UHGV virus genome: UHGV-0132140
Source: a virus
Direction: 5' to 3' (one strand)
DNA: 34,507 nt
The translations under genes were made by a program, and so were the position numbers. Within the stretch, counting starts at the first letter, position 1. Every line of letters begins with the position of its first letter. The notes below the pieces were generated by a model. The model had not been told where the DNA came from and searched no databases. It saw nothing but the letters and a program-made list of their open reading frames with translations. Shown here in pieces: positions 9,362 through 17,829 of the stretch.

Positions 9362-11503
9362 TTGCTGGGCCTCAAGCCGTCGAGCCTGACCCACGACCAG
9401 CAAAGCTTTTCCGCCTCCACCATCACCGCGGTTTATCCCGTCCGCACGCTTGGGGAGGTCTTGCCCTTTCAACAGTTCGACACCGTCACCATTTCCCAAA
9501 ACGGGAACACCATTCTATCCGGTCTCGTTTCCAGCATCGAGAAGGCCTACAGCGGCTCATCCCGCGCGTGGAAAATCGTCTTTTCCGATCCCTGGTATTG
9601 GCTGGACAACTGCTTTGCGCTGGATTCCGAATGGAAGCCGGTCTTTTCCATGTGGCAAACCACCAGCAGCGGAAATGAAATCATCCCTAAAATAAGCATT
9701 TCCTCCGCGCTCTCCCGGGTGCTGAATCTCGCCAAACACCACCCGGCGGACTACGAGCTGCGTATCAGCGATGACAAGATGCTGATTCCGTGGAACGCCT
9801 CCTGCGATACGATTGGCAGCCTCCTTCAATCCATCCGCCATTGGTCGCCCCGGATGGTCACGTACTACGACTACAGCGGCGCGCGCCCCAAACTCATCAT
9901 CACGGACTATGACGCCCTGACGCCCATCGCGCTCCCCCTGCAGCCGACAGCGACGGTCAAGTCTATGGATGTTTCCCTGGTCCCCCGGGGCGACCTCGTA
10001 CCGCCCTGCGTGGCTATCGTCGCAGAAACCACCGGCAGCAACGGCTACCGCGTCTCCTACCTGTCCAAATACCCGGAAGACGGGGATCCGACCTTGCCGC
10101 ACTCCATTGTTTACCGGACGTCAGTAGACTTCTACTATTCTAAATACAGTTCTACGGGGGAGCCGGTAGAAGATCCGCAGCCGGTGCAGGGCACTAGGGC
10201 CGGCAGCCTGTCCTACCAGCGCATGAAAGTAAGGGGGCGGAAAATTAACCAGAAAGACATGATCAAGAGTTTCTGGGAGCGTCATTTCCCGTGGATGAAA
10301 GACGTTGGCGCGATTGCCGTCTATGACAAAACTCCGACCATCACCGGGAAGCCCTGGGACGCGGCGGAGGAAGAGCCGAAAGGCTATAACACCAGCGCGA
10401 CGGGCTACGCCCTGGAAGACGGGCAAATTCATACCAAATCCATCAGGCCGCAATGGTGCAACGCTACCGTCAAGCAGCGTCTCGCCATCCCGGAAAGCGC
10501 GCCTGCCAAGTGGAGGGAGAAATTCAAAAATGTGGGAACGCTGGGAGGCGTACCCTGCTTCTGGGAAGAATTCTCGGTGGATCTGGTCACCATGGACCGC
10601 CCCTACGCGAGCTACCCCATTGACGGCATCTACAACGGGGAACAGCCCTCCAACGGGCCGGAAGAAGGGGAATCGCCCCAACCCTCGGAAGGCGTTCCCT
10701 ATGGGGACATTGCAAAAACGGTATGGGAATCCATGCAGGAATTGCCCTGGGACGGCTCTATTTCCTTTGTCGCGCTGGGAGAAGCGCAGACGCGGCAATA
10801 CATGGGCCGCCGCGTCTCGCTGCTGGGAGGCAACCCAGAGTGGCAGAACATCAACACCATGATTCAAACCGTTTCGCGCGACCTGCAGACCAACGTCATC
10901 ACGTTGTCTTACGGGGCATTAAACTATTTAAGCGTTGATGACTGGATAAGATTAAGGAGCATTAACGCTAAATCTCGCGAGTCTTCCACGCTGGAAAACA
11001 TGCAAGGCGCGCCGGAATCGACGGAATACGGCTTTGACCCCAAGCCGGAATCCCCCACCATCAGCCAGCACATCACCAAATCCACGGGAGAATCCACGCC
11101 CGCGCCGGAATACGGCTTCCAAGTGCGCTTGCAGAAAGATACGGAGGGGGCCATCACCGGGGCGCAAATGAAGCCCGGCGCGCTCTACCTGAACGGCTCG
11201 CTGCTCGGCAAATACCCGCAGGGGGGCGGTTCCGGTTCCTCGTGGGTAACGATCCCCCAAACCAGCGGGGAAGTATGGCTCAACGTCCACTTCGACCAGG
11301 ACGCCAAATTGACGGGCGTTGACGTCTCGGGCATCCCGGGGACCGTCTATCCTATCAGGCTGGCCGAAGAAAAACCGGGTGTCAACTTCGACTATTCCTT
11401 TTTGATAGCCGACATCGAAGACGACCAGGTGACGCAATACGCGCTGGGAATGATCCAGATACCCGTCTTCGGAGGAACCTTCTACCCCTACGGACCAGCT
11501 TAA
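9362..11503 (+). CDS. large tail-tip protein (distal tail or baseplate)
   Basis: 713-aa ORF immediately after the tape-measure gene and moron. There is no ATG; the first canonical start is TTG 9362, and an in-frame AGG lies at 9335-9337. Confidence 0.6.
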   Translation: MLGLKPSSLTHDQQSFSASTITAVYPVRTLGEVLPFQQFDTVTISQNGNTILSGLVSSIEKAYSGSSRAWKIVFSDPWYWLDNCFALDSEWKPVFSMWQTTSSGNEIIPKISISSALSRVLNLAKHHPADYELRISDDKMLIPWNASCDTIGSLLQSIRHWSPRMVTYYDYSGARPKLIITDYDALTPIALPLQPTATVKSMDVSLVPRGDLVPPCVAIVAETTGSNGYRVSYLSKYPEDGDPTLPHSIVYRTSVDFYYSKYSSTGEPVEDPQPVQGTRAGSLSYQRMKVRGRKINQKDMIKSFWERHFPWMKDVGAIAVYDKTPTITGKPWDAAEEEPKGYNTSATGYALEDGQIHTKSIRPQWCNATVKQRLAIPESAPAKWREKFKNVGTLGGVPCFWEEFSVDLVTMDRPYASYPIDGIYNGEQPSNGPEEGESPQPSEGVPYGDIAKTVWESMQELPWDGSISFVALGEAQTRQYMGRRVSLLGGNPEWQNINTMIQTVSRDLQTNVITLSYGALNYLSVDDWIRLRSINAKSRESSTLENMQGAPESTEYGFDPKPESPTISQHITKSTGESTPAPEYGFQVRLQKDTEGAITGAQMKPGALYLNGSLLGKYPQGGGSGSSWVTIPQTSGEVWLNVHFDQDAKLTGVDVSGIPGTVYPIRLAEEKPGVNFDYSFLIADIEDDQVTQYALGMIQIPVFGGTFYPYGPA

Positions 11504-11511
11504 CAAACACC

Positions 11512-12267
11512 ATGATCAGAATCTATTTATTCACCTATGCCGGAGACGCGGATGAAGCCCTCGTCTGCGTCCGGTGCGCTGCGGCGGCCCTCCCTGAAGC
11601 CGTCATTACGGTTGTGGACGACAGCGCCGCTCCGCTTCCTGAACGCGTCAGATCCGTCCTTATGTTAACCGGGGCAAGGTATTGTCAAACCGGCTGGACA
11701 AGGAACGGCAACCTGCGCGGCCCGGAATGCGTCCGGGGCATCATTTCCACGCTGGCCGGGGAAGCGGAAGAAAATGACGTCATCGTCAAAATCGACTCGG
11801 ATACGCTCCTGTTGTCGGGCGGATGGGTGCGTGACATGCAGCGCAACGGGCTGGCTCTGCACGCCTCCGGCTACCAGGTCCCCAGCCACCCGTCCGAACG
11901 CTCCGCCTATGGGCCGTGTTACGCAATCAGCGGACGGGCGGCCAGACTGGCGGCGGAGGAACTGATGCAGGCTGACATCCCCGCGCTCGCTCCCGAAGAC
12001 CTGACGATCTGCCGGACCATCCAGGGCCTCTTTCCCCCGGAGCGGATCAGGCTTGACGAACCCTGGACGCCCTTCAACCGGGAAGGGAAATGGACGGCCT
12101 GGAACTGGTTCAGCATTGCCGTAACGCCGAAAAAATACGCCGGCTTCTGGATGGTCACCTTCGGCAACCCTCGCCCTACGAACATTCCCAAATCCGAACG
12201 CGCCCGCGCCATGGACGCCTTGTACCGTTACCGGTTCCACAAGGAAGAAGACGGATCATCTTGTTGA
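11512..12267 (+). CDS. GT-A fold (GT2-like) glycosyltransferase, candidate lysogenic-conversion gene
   Basis: Beta-strand plus VVDDS at the N-terminus and a DSD (DxD) motif (IVKIDSDTLL). The gene is located between the tail genes and the integrase. Confidence 0.5.
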   Translation: MIRIYLFTYAGDADEALVCVRCAAAALPEAVITVVDDSAAPLPERVRSVLMLTGARYCQTGWTRNGNLRGPECVRGIISTLAGEAEENDVIVKIDSDTLLLSGGWVRDMQRNGLALHASGYQVPSHPSERSAYGPCYAISGRAARLAAEELMQADIPALAPEDLTICRTIQGLFPPERIRLDEPWTPFNREGKWTAWNWFSIAVTPKKYAGFWMVTFGNPRPTNIPKSERARAMDALYRYRFHKEEDGSSC

Positions 12268-12300
12268 TGTCAACAACATGATCGTCTTAGGGAAGGAAGG

Positions 12301-13488
12301 CTAACGGGCCAAGCCGACGGCAATCTTGCTCATCGCATCCTGAACGTCCGCCGAATCCGGGCGGAAATACACCCGTTCAATTTCTTCGGAGTCGTGGCCG
12401 ACAATGAAGCGGCACAAATCCGGGGACACCCCTGCCAGGCGCAGGACGGTCACGGCGGTCGCCCGTAAGCTGTGGAAGCTCTTTTCCGAAAGACGGTGCC
12501 GGTCGCCTCTCACTTCCCCGGGCATCTCTCGGATGATTCCGTACGTTTTCAACAATGTCGTGAACTCCGTGGAAAGCTTGTCGGAACGTCCGCCGGCATG
12601 GGCATGGCGAAGCGCGGCCAGGGGAAACACGTAATCGTTCACCCGGTTGAGCAGACGCCTTTCCAAGACATCTTTCAAGGGCTGGATGATCGGCTTGTTC
12701 ATGCGGCGCCGGCTTTTCTGCGTAGTCATGAACAGGAAGGAGTTCTTCAGGTCAATCTGCTCCCATTTCAGCGTCGCCAGGTCTCCGAGGCGCTGACCTC
12801 CGGTGTAGAGGCACACCCGCACCAGATCCGGCCATTCATCCGGGAACCGTTCAATGATGGTATTCACTTCCTCCATCGTGAACGCGCCGCGCAGCTGCTT
12901 TTCCGCCTGGTGGTCCGCCCGGGAAGGCATGACGCCCCGGAACGGATTCCGGGGAAGAATCTCCCGGTCTACAGCGGCATTGAACGCGGTGGAGAGCGTG
13001 GACACATAGCGGATGACGGTTCCGGCGGAAACGCGCTCCAATTCCGTTTCTACAAAATCCTTCGCCATCCCTTTATTCAGGGCGGCCAGCGGCATATTCC
13101 GCCGGTCCCCCAGGAACGCCAGAAGCCTGCGGACGGCCATGCCGTCCCGCTCATAGGCCCGCTTCTTGTTTTTCCTCCCGTCCAGCCAGTCAAAGAGGAA
13201 CCGGGTTAACGTCATGCCGTTCATGGTGGCTTTCAGCACGCCGGCCTGGTCCCCGGCAATGGCCTTCACCTTGTCCAAGTCGAAAACCCCGTACCGGGCT
13301 TCTTTCTCCATCTCCTGGGCCACCAGCCGCGCCCGTGCTTCATTCTGGGACATGATTGATTTCTTATTGGCTCCCGGAAGCAGAGCCTTGGGAACCACGT
13401 CGATGCCGGTGGTTTTCCGAAGCTCTTTGCCGTCCAGGGAGCGGAAGACGGCCACCCATTTGTTATTGCGTTTGATGATGCCTGCCAT
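12301..13488 (-). CDS. int: tyrosine-type site-specific integrase
   Basis: 395 aa with an N-terminal arm-binding-like segment (KRNNKWVAVF). The C-terminal catalytic region carries the R...HSLRATAVT...GH...ERVYFRP (Tyr nucleophile) motifs. Confidence 0.9.
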   Translation of the reverse strand: MAGIIKRNNKWVAVFRSLDGKELRKTTGIDVVPKALLPGANKKSIMSQNEARARLVAQEMEKEARYGVFDLDKVKAIAGDQAGVLKATMNGMTLTRFLFDWLDGRKNKKRAYERDGMAVRRLLAFLGDRRNMPLAALNKGMAKDFVETELERVSAGTVIRYVSTLSTAFNAAVDREILPRNPFRGVMPSRADHQAEKQLRGAFTMEEVNTIIERFPDEWPDLVRVCLYTGGQRLGDLATLKWEQIDLKNSFLFMTTQKSRRRMNKPIIQPLKDVLERRLLNRVNDYVFPLAALRHAHAGGRSDKLSTEFTTLLKTYGIIREMPGEVRGDRHRLSEKSFHSLRATAVTVLRLAGVSPDLCRFIVGHDSEEIERVYFRPDSADVQDAMSKIAVGLAR

Positions 13489-13494
13489 AGTGCT

Positions 13495-13700
13495 GTACAG
13501 TCCTTAGACAATGTACAGCCGCATGTACAGGGCGCTTTTTTCTGTCAGGCGCTTTCAGGTGCGCTCAAAACTGCGCAAAAGGTAGGAAAATCAAGGGGCA
13601 TTCCGTCACGTGCTGACGAGAATTGGCATCGCGTACGGGATTTAGTGTCTTGTACATAAACTTTTAGCGGGCCACATGTACAGCATACCGTATAGCACTG
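13495..13700. promoter_or_regulatory. array of (A)TGTACAG motifs upstream of int; candidate Int arm sites or repressor operators (attP region)
   Basis: ctGTACAGtcc, caATGTACAGcc, gcATGTACAGgg, ttGTACATaa and acATGTACAGca occur within about 200 bp. A further GTACAG lies at 14726 beside the switch promoter. Confidence 0.4.
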
Positions 13701-13789
13701 CCGGAAAGCCGCACCGTTTATTACTCCGTCGGAAGCTTCATGCAAAGGTCGACATGTCATGACACAGAAAAAATGAACCCTGCGAGGAT

Positions 13790-13819
13790 AAAAAACCGCC
13801 CGCGTCTCCCGACGCGGAC
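13790..13819 (-). terminator. putative intrinsic terminator (minus strand)
   Basis: CCGCGTC-TCCC-GACGCGG hairpin. On the minus strand it is followed by TTTTTTAT (plus-strand aaaaaa at 13790-13795). This would terminate transcripts from the 14253..14663 gene before int. Confidence 0.4.
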
Positions 13820-14018
13820 GGAAAAGAATGAATAAAAAGAAAGGAAGTAGTCAGGAATCTGAATACGTGCCTTTTATATCACATTTTACCCGTTAGGCAA
13901 TCCTTTTCGGCGTTTCAGGAAACGTCATGACTTGTCATCCCCTGAACGGGAAATTGATGACAAAACGTCTTACCGGAGTCACAAGACATCAAATCTCATG
14001 AAAAAACAGGAATTATTA

Positions 14019-14038
14019 CCCCCCCCCCCCCCCCCCCC
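14019..14038. repeat. homopolymeric poly-C tract (20 nt)
   Basis: Directly visible in the sequence. It lies about 65 bp upstream of a small TM-peptide ORF in the AT-rich regulatory region. Confidence 0.9.
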
Positions 14039-14105
14039 GCATTTGTAACGCCTTAAATATTAGAGCATTAGGAGATAAATTTTCAGCAAGAAAGGGTTGC
14101 GGCAA

Positions 14106-14252
14106 TGTCAGGTAACGTAATGCTTGTGTTTTTCTTGCTGGCCGTTCTGTTCGGGTTCACTTGTTTCCGACTCGGCATTATTGAAGGTTGCCGGAGAACC
14201 ACGAAAAGGATCTTGGAGAATATTTCAAAGGGGATCAAGAAAGGGGAATAAA
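14106..14252 (+). CDS. small hydrophobic peptide (48 aa, single TM)
   Basis: ATG preceded by aagaaaggg. Translation is MSGNVMLVFFLLAVLFGFTCFRLGIIEGCRRTTKRILENISKGIKKGE. This short ORF was found by eye. Confidence 0.3.
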
Positions 14253-14663
14253 TCATTCCCCTGCATCTTCCTTCTTATCGTTCTCGCATTCAGATCTTTC
14301 TGCTATATATTTACATTGCTTATCCAGTCCGGTGCAGAGATCTATTACTTTACTTCGGAGATAACTTTCTAAATCAATACCGGGAAAGTTTTTCTGAAAC
14401 CCTCTGACGATCTCCATTTCTTCTGGAGAGAAATTCAGGGATGAAAGCAGACTCTCATCACTGGAACATTCTGAAAGCGTAGAAGCTTCAGTAGTGTTTT
14501 TCATAAGATTTTGAATCACTAAAAGCGCATAAGAGGGAACGCGCCCTCGGGAAGTAAACCAGCCATCAACGGAGACTTTCTCCACTCCGCATTTATCAGC
14601 TAGCCAAAATCGGTCTTTTCCAATTCCTTTAAGCCAGTCTTTGATCTCTTCTTTGGTGGGCAT
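14253..14663 (-). CDS. Cro/CI-type (YdaS-like) HTH transcriptional regulator, candidate prophage repressor
   Basis: The N-terminus ...WLADKCGVEKVSVDGWFTSRGRVPSYALLVIQ fits an HTH pattern. It is divergent from a + strand small regulator and is AT-rich. Confidence 0.55.
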   Translation of the reverse strand: MPTKEEIKDWLKGIGKDRFWLADKCGVEKVSVDGWFTSRGRVPSYALLVIQNLMKNTTEASTLSECSSDESLLSSLNFSPEEMEIVRGFQKNFPGIDLESYLRSKVIDLCTGLDKQCKYIAERSECENDKKEDAGE

Positions 14664-14736
14664 GAGGAAAGGATATGCATTTATTACATAATTGCAAGCC
14701 TTTTATTGTGAATGAGTATGCAATAAGTACAGAATT

Positions 14737-14769
14737 ATTGTTGACAATCATGCAGAAATTACATATTTT
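14737..14769 (+). promoter_or_regulatory. sigma70-like promoter (TTGACA-17-TATTTT) within the palindrome ATTGTTGACAAT
   Basis: TTGACA at 14741-14746 and TATTTT at 14764-14769. An inverted repeat ATTGT/ACAAT overlaps the -35 element, consistent with an operator. Confidence 0.4.
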
Positions 14770-14798
14770 TAACCACGTAAAGCAACGCTACAAAAAAC

Positions 14799-15014
14799 AT
14801 GATCGACGTATCATCATCTCTTAATCCGGACTTCTCCTTGCCTCCATCAATCATGGCAACTGTCAGACGATTAGCCAAAGCTTCAGGAAAAACGGAAGAA
14901 GTTTTTTTGAGGCAATATCTCATAGAATGCATGAAAGAAGAAAATGAGGCTTTGGAGAATTATAACAATTCTAACAAAACGCAACCGAAGAACCCCGAAC
15001 CCGCCAAGCGATAA
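14799..15014 (+). CDS. small ribbon-helix-helix-like regulator (Cro or antitoxin-like)
   Basis: SIMATVRRLAKASGKTEEVFLRQYLIECM fits a beta-strand plus helix RHH pattern. It is divergent from the repressor candidate. An alternative start is ATG near 14850. Confidence 0.4.
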   Translation: MIDVSSSLNPDFSLPPSIMATVRRLAKASGKTEEVFLRQYLIECMKEENEALENYNNSNKTQPKNPEPAKR

Positions 15015-15025
15015 TCATGGATTAC

Positions 15026-15511
15026 TTATTCCAGCAAGTTGGGATTATTTTTGAGATACTCCCAGGCAACATCGGTGATGTTGACGTCAAAACCGGACAC
15101 GATACTTCCGTACCAGGAAAGACGAATAAGAATGCCGGCTGCTATCAGACCATTTACGACGCCATCCCTGTCATCAAATTTCTGTGTTCGGGTATTGAAG
15201 AAGATATATCTAGCCAGAACATTTTTCTCTTCTGGAGTGAGAGCATGGAGACGCTTGATCACCTTTTTACGGGATTCTGCCTTGGAGCGAGAGGTTTTGA
15301 TAGTGTTCCAAACCTTTTCCAGCAGGGCGCATCCGGAAATAAGGAACACGAATCCCGCAATATCGCGGTAATCATGGGAAGAATAGCTGATATGCAGGGC
15401 CTCAAGAAGGCTTTGAGGAGCGAAAAGATAAACTGCCGCTGCGGAAAAGATTATGCCTGCATAATTGCAAGCGAATTTAAGCAGTTCTGCCAAGTATTGG
15501 AAAAAAACCAT
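15026..15511 (-). CDS. membrane protein (3 predicted TM), moron or superinfection-exclusion candidate
   Basis: Starting from the internal Met (MVFFQY...) at 15511 there are TM segments and a helical C-terminus (LTPEEKNVLARYIFF...). The gene is AT-rich. The longer ORF reaching 15760 would overlap the antirepressor gene. Confidence 0.4.
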   Translation of the reverse strand: MVFFQYLAELLKFACNYAGIIFSAAAVYLFAPQSLLEALHISYSSHDYRDIAGFVFLISGCALLEKVWNTIKTSRSKAESRKKVIKRLHALTPEEKNVLARYIFFNTRTQKFDDRDGVVNGLIAAGILIRLSWYGSIVSGFDVNITDVAWEYLKNNPNLLE

Positions 15512-15580
15512 AAACCCAGAGGATAGTCTTAAACGGATGTATAGGCAATAGCTTTTACATTGAACCCAATAAGAAGAAAC

Positions 15581-16372
15581 ATGAACAACAACATAGTACC
15601 ATTCAACAATGCCGCGCTTGGCTGTTCTGTCCGGACAGTCATCATCAACGAAGAACCGTGGTTCGTCGGTAAAGACGTGTGCTCCGCTCTTGGCTACGCC
15701 AATGAAACCGACGCAATGAACCGCCATTGCAAGGGGGTCGTGAAACGCTACCCCCTTCAAACTTCCGGTGGAGTACAGGAGATTCGCGTTATCAGCGAAC
15801 CGGACATGATGCGTTTAATCTGCGGTTCCAAGCTGGAATCAGCAAAGCGATTCGAGGCATGGGTTTTTGAAGAAGTCCTCCCGACGATACGCAAGCACGG
15901 CATCTATGCCACAGGCGAGAAACTTCTTGAACTGATTTCCAAGCCGGAGAACGCACTTAAAGTCTTCCAAGCTCTCAAAGATGAACAGGACAAGAGGAAG
16001 TCTCTTGAAGCGAAGATAGAAGAGGACGCGCCCTACACGGAATTCGGAAAGAGCGTGGAAGTTTCCGAAGGCTGCATGCTGATAGGAGAATTTGCCAAGG
16101 TCCTTGCGCAGAATGGAAGGGAAATCGGACAGAACCGTCTTTTTGAGCTGCTTCGCAATGAAGGCATTCTCGGGAAGGTTGGCAATCGCCGCAACGTCCC
16201 GTCACAGGAACATGTGGAAGCCGGTCGTTTCCGTGTCAGCTACCGGATTATCCAACACGCGAGCGGAAGAGCGGAAAGTAAAGCAACTCCGTATCTGACG
16301 CCCAAGGGTCAAGTTTGGCTGTTGAAGCGGATGACTGGGAAGAAAACCGAACAGAAGGAGGTGAAGAAGTGA
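15581..16372 (+). CDS. phage antirepressor (Bro-N/AntA N-domain plus KilAC C-domain)
   Basis: MNNNIVPFNNAALGCSVRTVIINEEPWFVGKDVCSALGY...AKRFEAWVFEEVLPTIRKHGIY matches Bro-N. The C-terminus ...IGEFAKVLAQNGREIGQNRLFELLRNEGIL...VPSQ matches the KilAC domain. Confidence 0.8.
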   Translation: MNNNIVPFNNAALGCSVRTVIINEEPWFVGKDVCSALGYANETDAMNRHCKGVVKRYPLQTSGGVQEIRVISEPDMMRLICGSKLESAKRFEAWVFEEVLPTIRKHGIYATGEKLLELISKPENALKVFQALKDEQDKRKSLEAKIEEDAPYTEFGKSVEVSEGCMLIGEFAKVLAQNGREIGQNRLFELLRNEGILGKVGNRRNVPSQEHVEAGRFRVSYRIIQHASGRAESKATPYLTPKGQVWLLKRMTGKKTEQKEVKK

Positions 16373-16701
16373 AAGCTCTGTTCGCCCTCGTCTTGTCCGG
16401 GCTTGTTCTTTCAGGTTGCGATCAGGGTTCCGAGCCTCAACCTGTTAAACAAGCCGATAATCAGAAAAAAGCCCCTAAAAAAGAGACACCAACATGGGAA
16501 ATTAAAATTGAACAGAACGGCATTCCCGATGCTGTTTTTACAACGGGATATGCAAACTGTGTTGAGGCGTTCAGGATGGGATCGAGGGGAGATATTCCAA
16601 TATATGGGTATGTGATTTATAAACCGGACGGAGGACAAATCATCGTGTCAGGAACGACGAGAATCACCAGGACAAAAGTTAAAAATAATAACGAGTTATG
16701 A
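16369..16701 (+). CDS. lipoprotein (superinfection-exclusion candidate)
   Basis: GTG 16369 overlaps the antirepressor stop (GTGA). The translation MKALFALVLSGLVLSGCDQGS... is a signal peptide with lipobox LSGC. The gene is AT-rich. Confidence 0.55.
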   Translation: MKALFALVLSGLVLSGCDQGSEPQPVKQADNQKKAPKKETPTWEIKIEQNGIPDAVFTTGYANCVEAFRMGSRGDIPIYGYVIYKPDGGQIIVSGTTRITRTKVKNNNEL

Positions 16702-16785
16702 ATGATGGCGTGTTTCTAATTCTTCTGGGCGGCATTATCGTATTTTTGATGCTTATCATATCAAATTTAGATGGACGTTGAACAA

Positions 16786-16953
16786 TGATCATTGAATACG
16801 ACGACGAAGACCGGTGCATCCGGGTGGACGGCGAACCTATTTCCTACGGCGTCGCGGTTGGACTCCTGGAGCAGATAGAGCAGGCCATTGACGAGTGGGA
16901 TTTTGACCACGCCCCCCAATGCGACAACCCGGACGGACACTACGACGACTAAC
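16786..16953 (+). CDS. small acidic hypothetical protein (55 aa)
   Basis: ATG..TAA ORF found by eye (MIIEYDDEDRCIRVDGEPISYGVAVGLLEQIEQAIDEWDFDH...). It is below the 60-aa cutoff of the ORF track. Confidence 0.25.
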
Positions 16954-17083
16954 TGACTTTTAACCAATCGCCCGGCCCAGGTGGGGCCTAAAACCAAAAC
17001 CAAAACATCAATAGGTATATAGAGTAATACGGTCTGGCAGGCGCGGGGAAACCCGTCCGGGCGGCCAATTCAGAAGAACGAAC

Positions 17084-17395
17084 ATGAGCGAAAACGACAC
17101 AACCATGACCACCCTTGCGACCGCGCTGGAAACGCTGGCCGGAGTATTGCGGGAGCTGGCAAGCACGCCTGTTCCTTCTACGCCTGAATCGTCTTCCGTT
17201 TCCATTTTCGGAGCAATCGAAAAGAAATACGCTAAAAGCTCCACCTTAGCCACTTATTATGACATTTCATCCCGGCAGATGGACAACATTCTGGCACGGG
17301 CGGGGAAGAATGTAAGAAGGCTGGAAGGAGTCGGAAAAGGAACCCTTTATAACATGGAAGACGTGGAAAAATACTTAACTAACAAAAGAAAATGA
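17084..17395 (+). CDS. AlpA/Xis-like HTH protein (excisionase or transcriptional regulator candidate)
   Basis: The C-terminal region ...YYDISSRQMDNILARAGKNVRRLEGVGKGTLYNMEDVEKYL resembles MerR/AlpA-type excisionase HTH. Confidence 0.45.
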   Translation: MSENDTTMTTLATALETLAGVLRELASTPVPSTPESSSVSIFGAIEKKYAKSSTLATYYDISSRQMDNILARAGKNVRRLEGVGKGTLYNMEDVEKYLTNKRK

Positions 17396-17772
17396 CCACA
17401 CATCAACACATCATTGACCGGGGCCCCTTCAAGGGGATGGTGGAAACGATCACCAACAACCCGCACCCCGCAAAGACGACGCGCTGCTACATGTGCGCGG
17501 CGCCGCTGAAAGCCTCGACTTCATGGATGTCCCTGGTAGGGGACCATCAGGACGGCGTCTTCACCGCGCGCTTTCTGTGCCCGCTATGTGCCCGGGAGCG
17601 TCTCAACGGCATCCCGGACGAAGCGGAACGTTGCTGGAACTATACCCAAGCCGCCCAATCAGAGCCCCGGATTGCCAAAATCCTCGCTTACCTGATTTTG
17701 TGGTGCGGAGTGCTTACCGCCGGAGGAGCATTTCTCTTTTTAATTTTCCTCCTGCTCAAAAACCTTTTTTAA
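17392..17772 (+). CDS. zinc-ribbon protein with a C-terminal TM helix
   Basis: ATGA overlap with the upstream gene, CxxC...CxxC pairs, and a hydrophobic C-terminus. Confidence 0.4.
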   Translation: MTTHQHIIDRGPFKGMVETITNNPHPAKTTRCYMCAAPLKASTSWMSLVGDHQDGVFTARFLCPLCARERLNGIPDEAERCWNYTQAAQSEPRIAKILAYLILWCGVLTAGGAFLFLIFLLLKNLF

Positions 17773-17829
17773 CTGAAAAGCTTTTGACGGCTTGGAAAAA
17801 CCGTCCCGCCCTCACGGTATGAGGAAACA

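Noticed and set aside
15017-15526. Plus-strand 169-aa ORF directly after the RHH-like gene
   Set aside because: The translation lacks protein-like hydrophobic periodicity, whereas the antisense frame encodes a clear multi-TM protein with a helical C-terminus. The minus-strand gene was preferred, although the strand assignment remains uncertain.
16315-16368. ATG 16315 as the lipoprotein start
   Set aside because: It would add 18 acidic residues ahead of the signal peptide. GTG 16369, coupled to the upstream stop, gives a canonical lipoprotein precursor.
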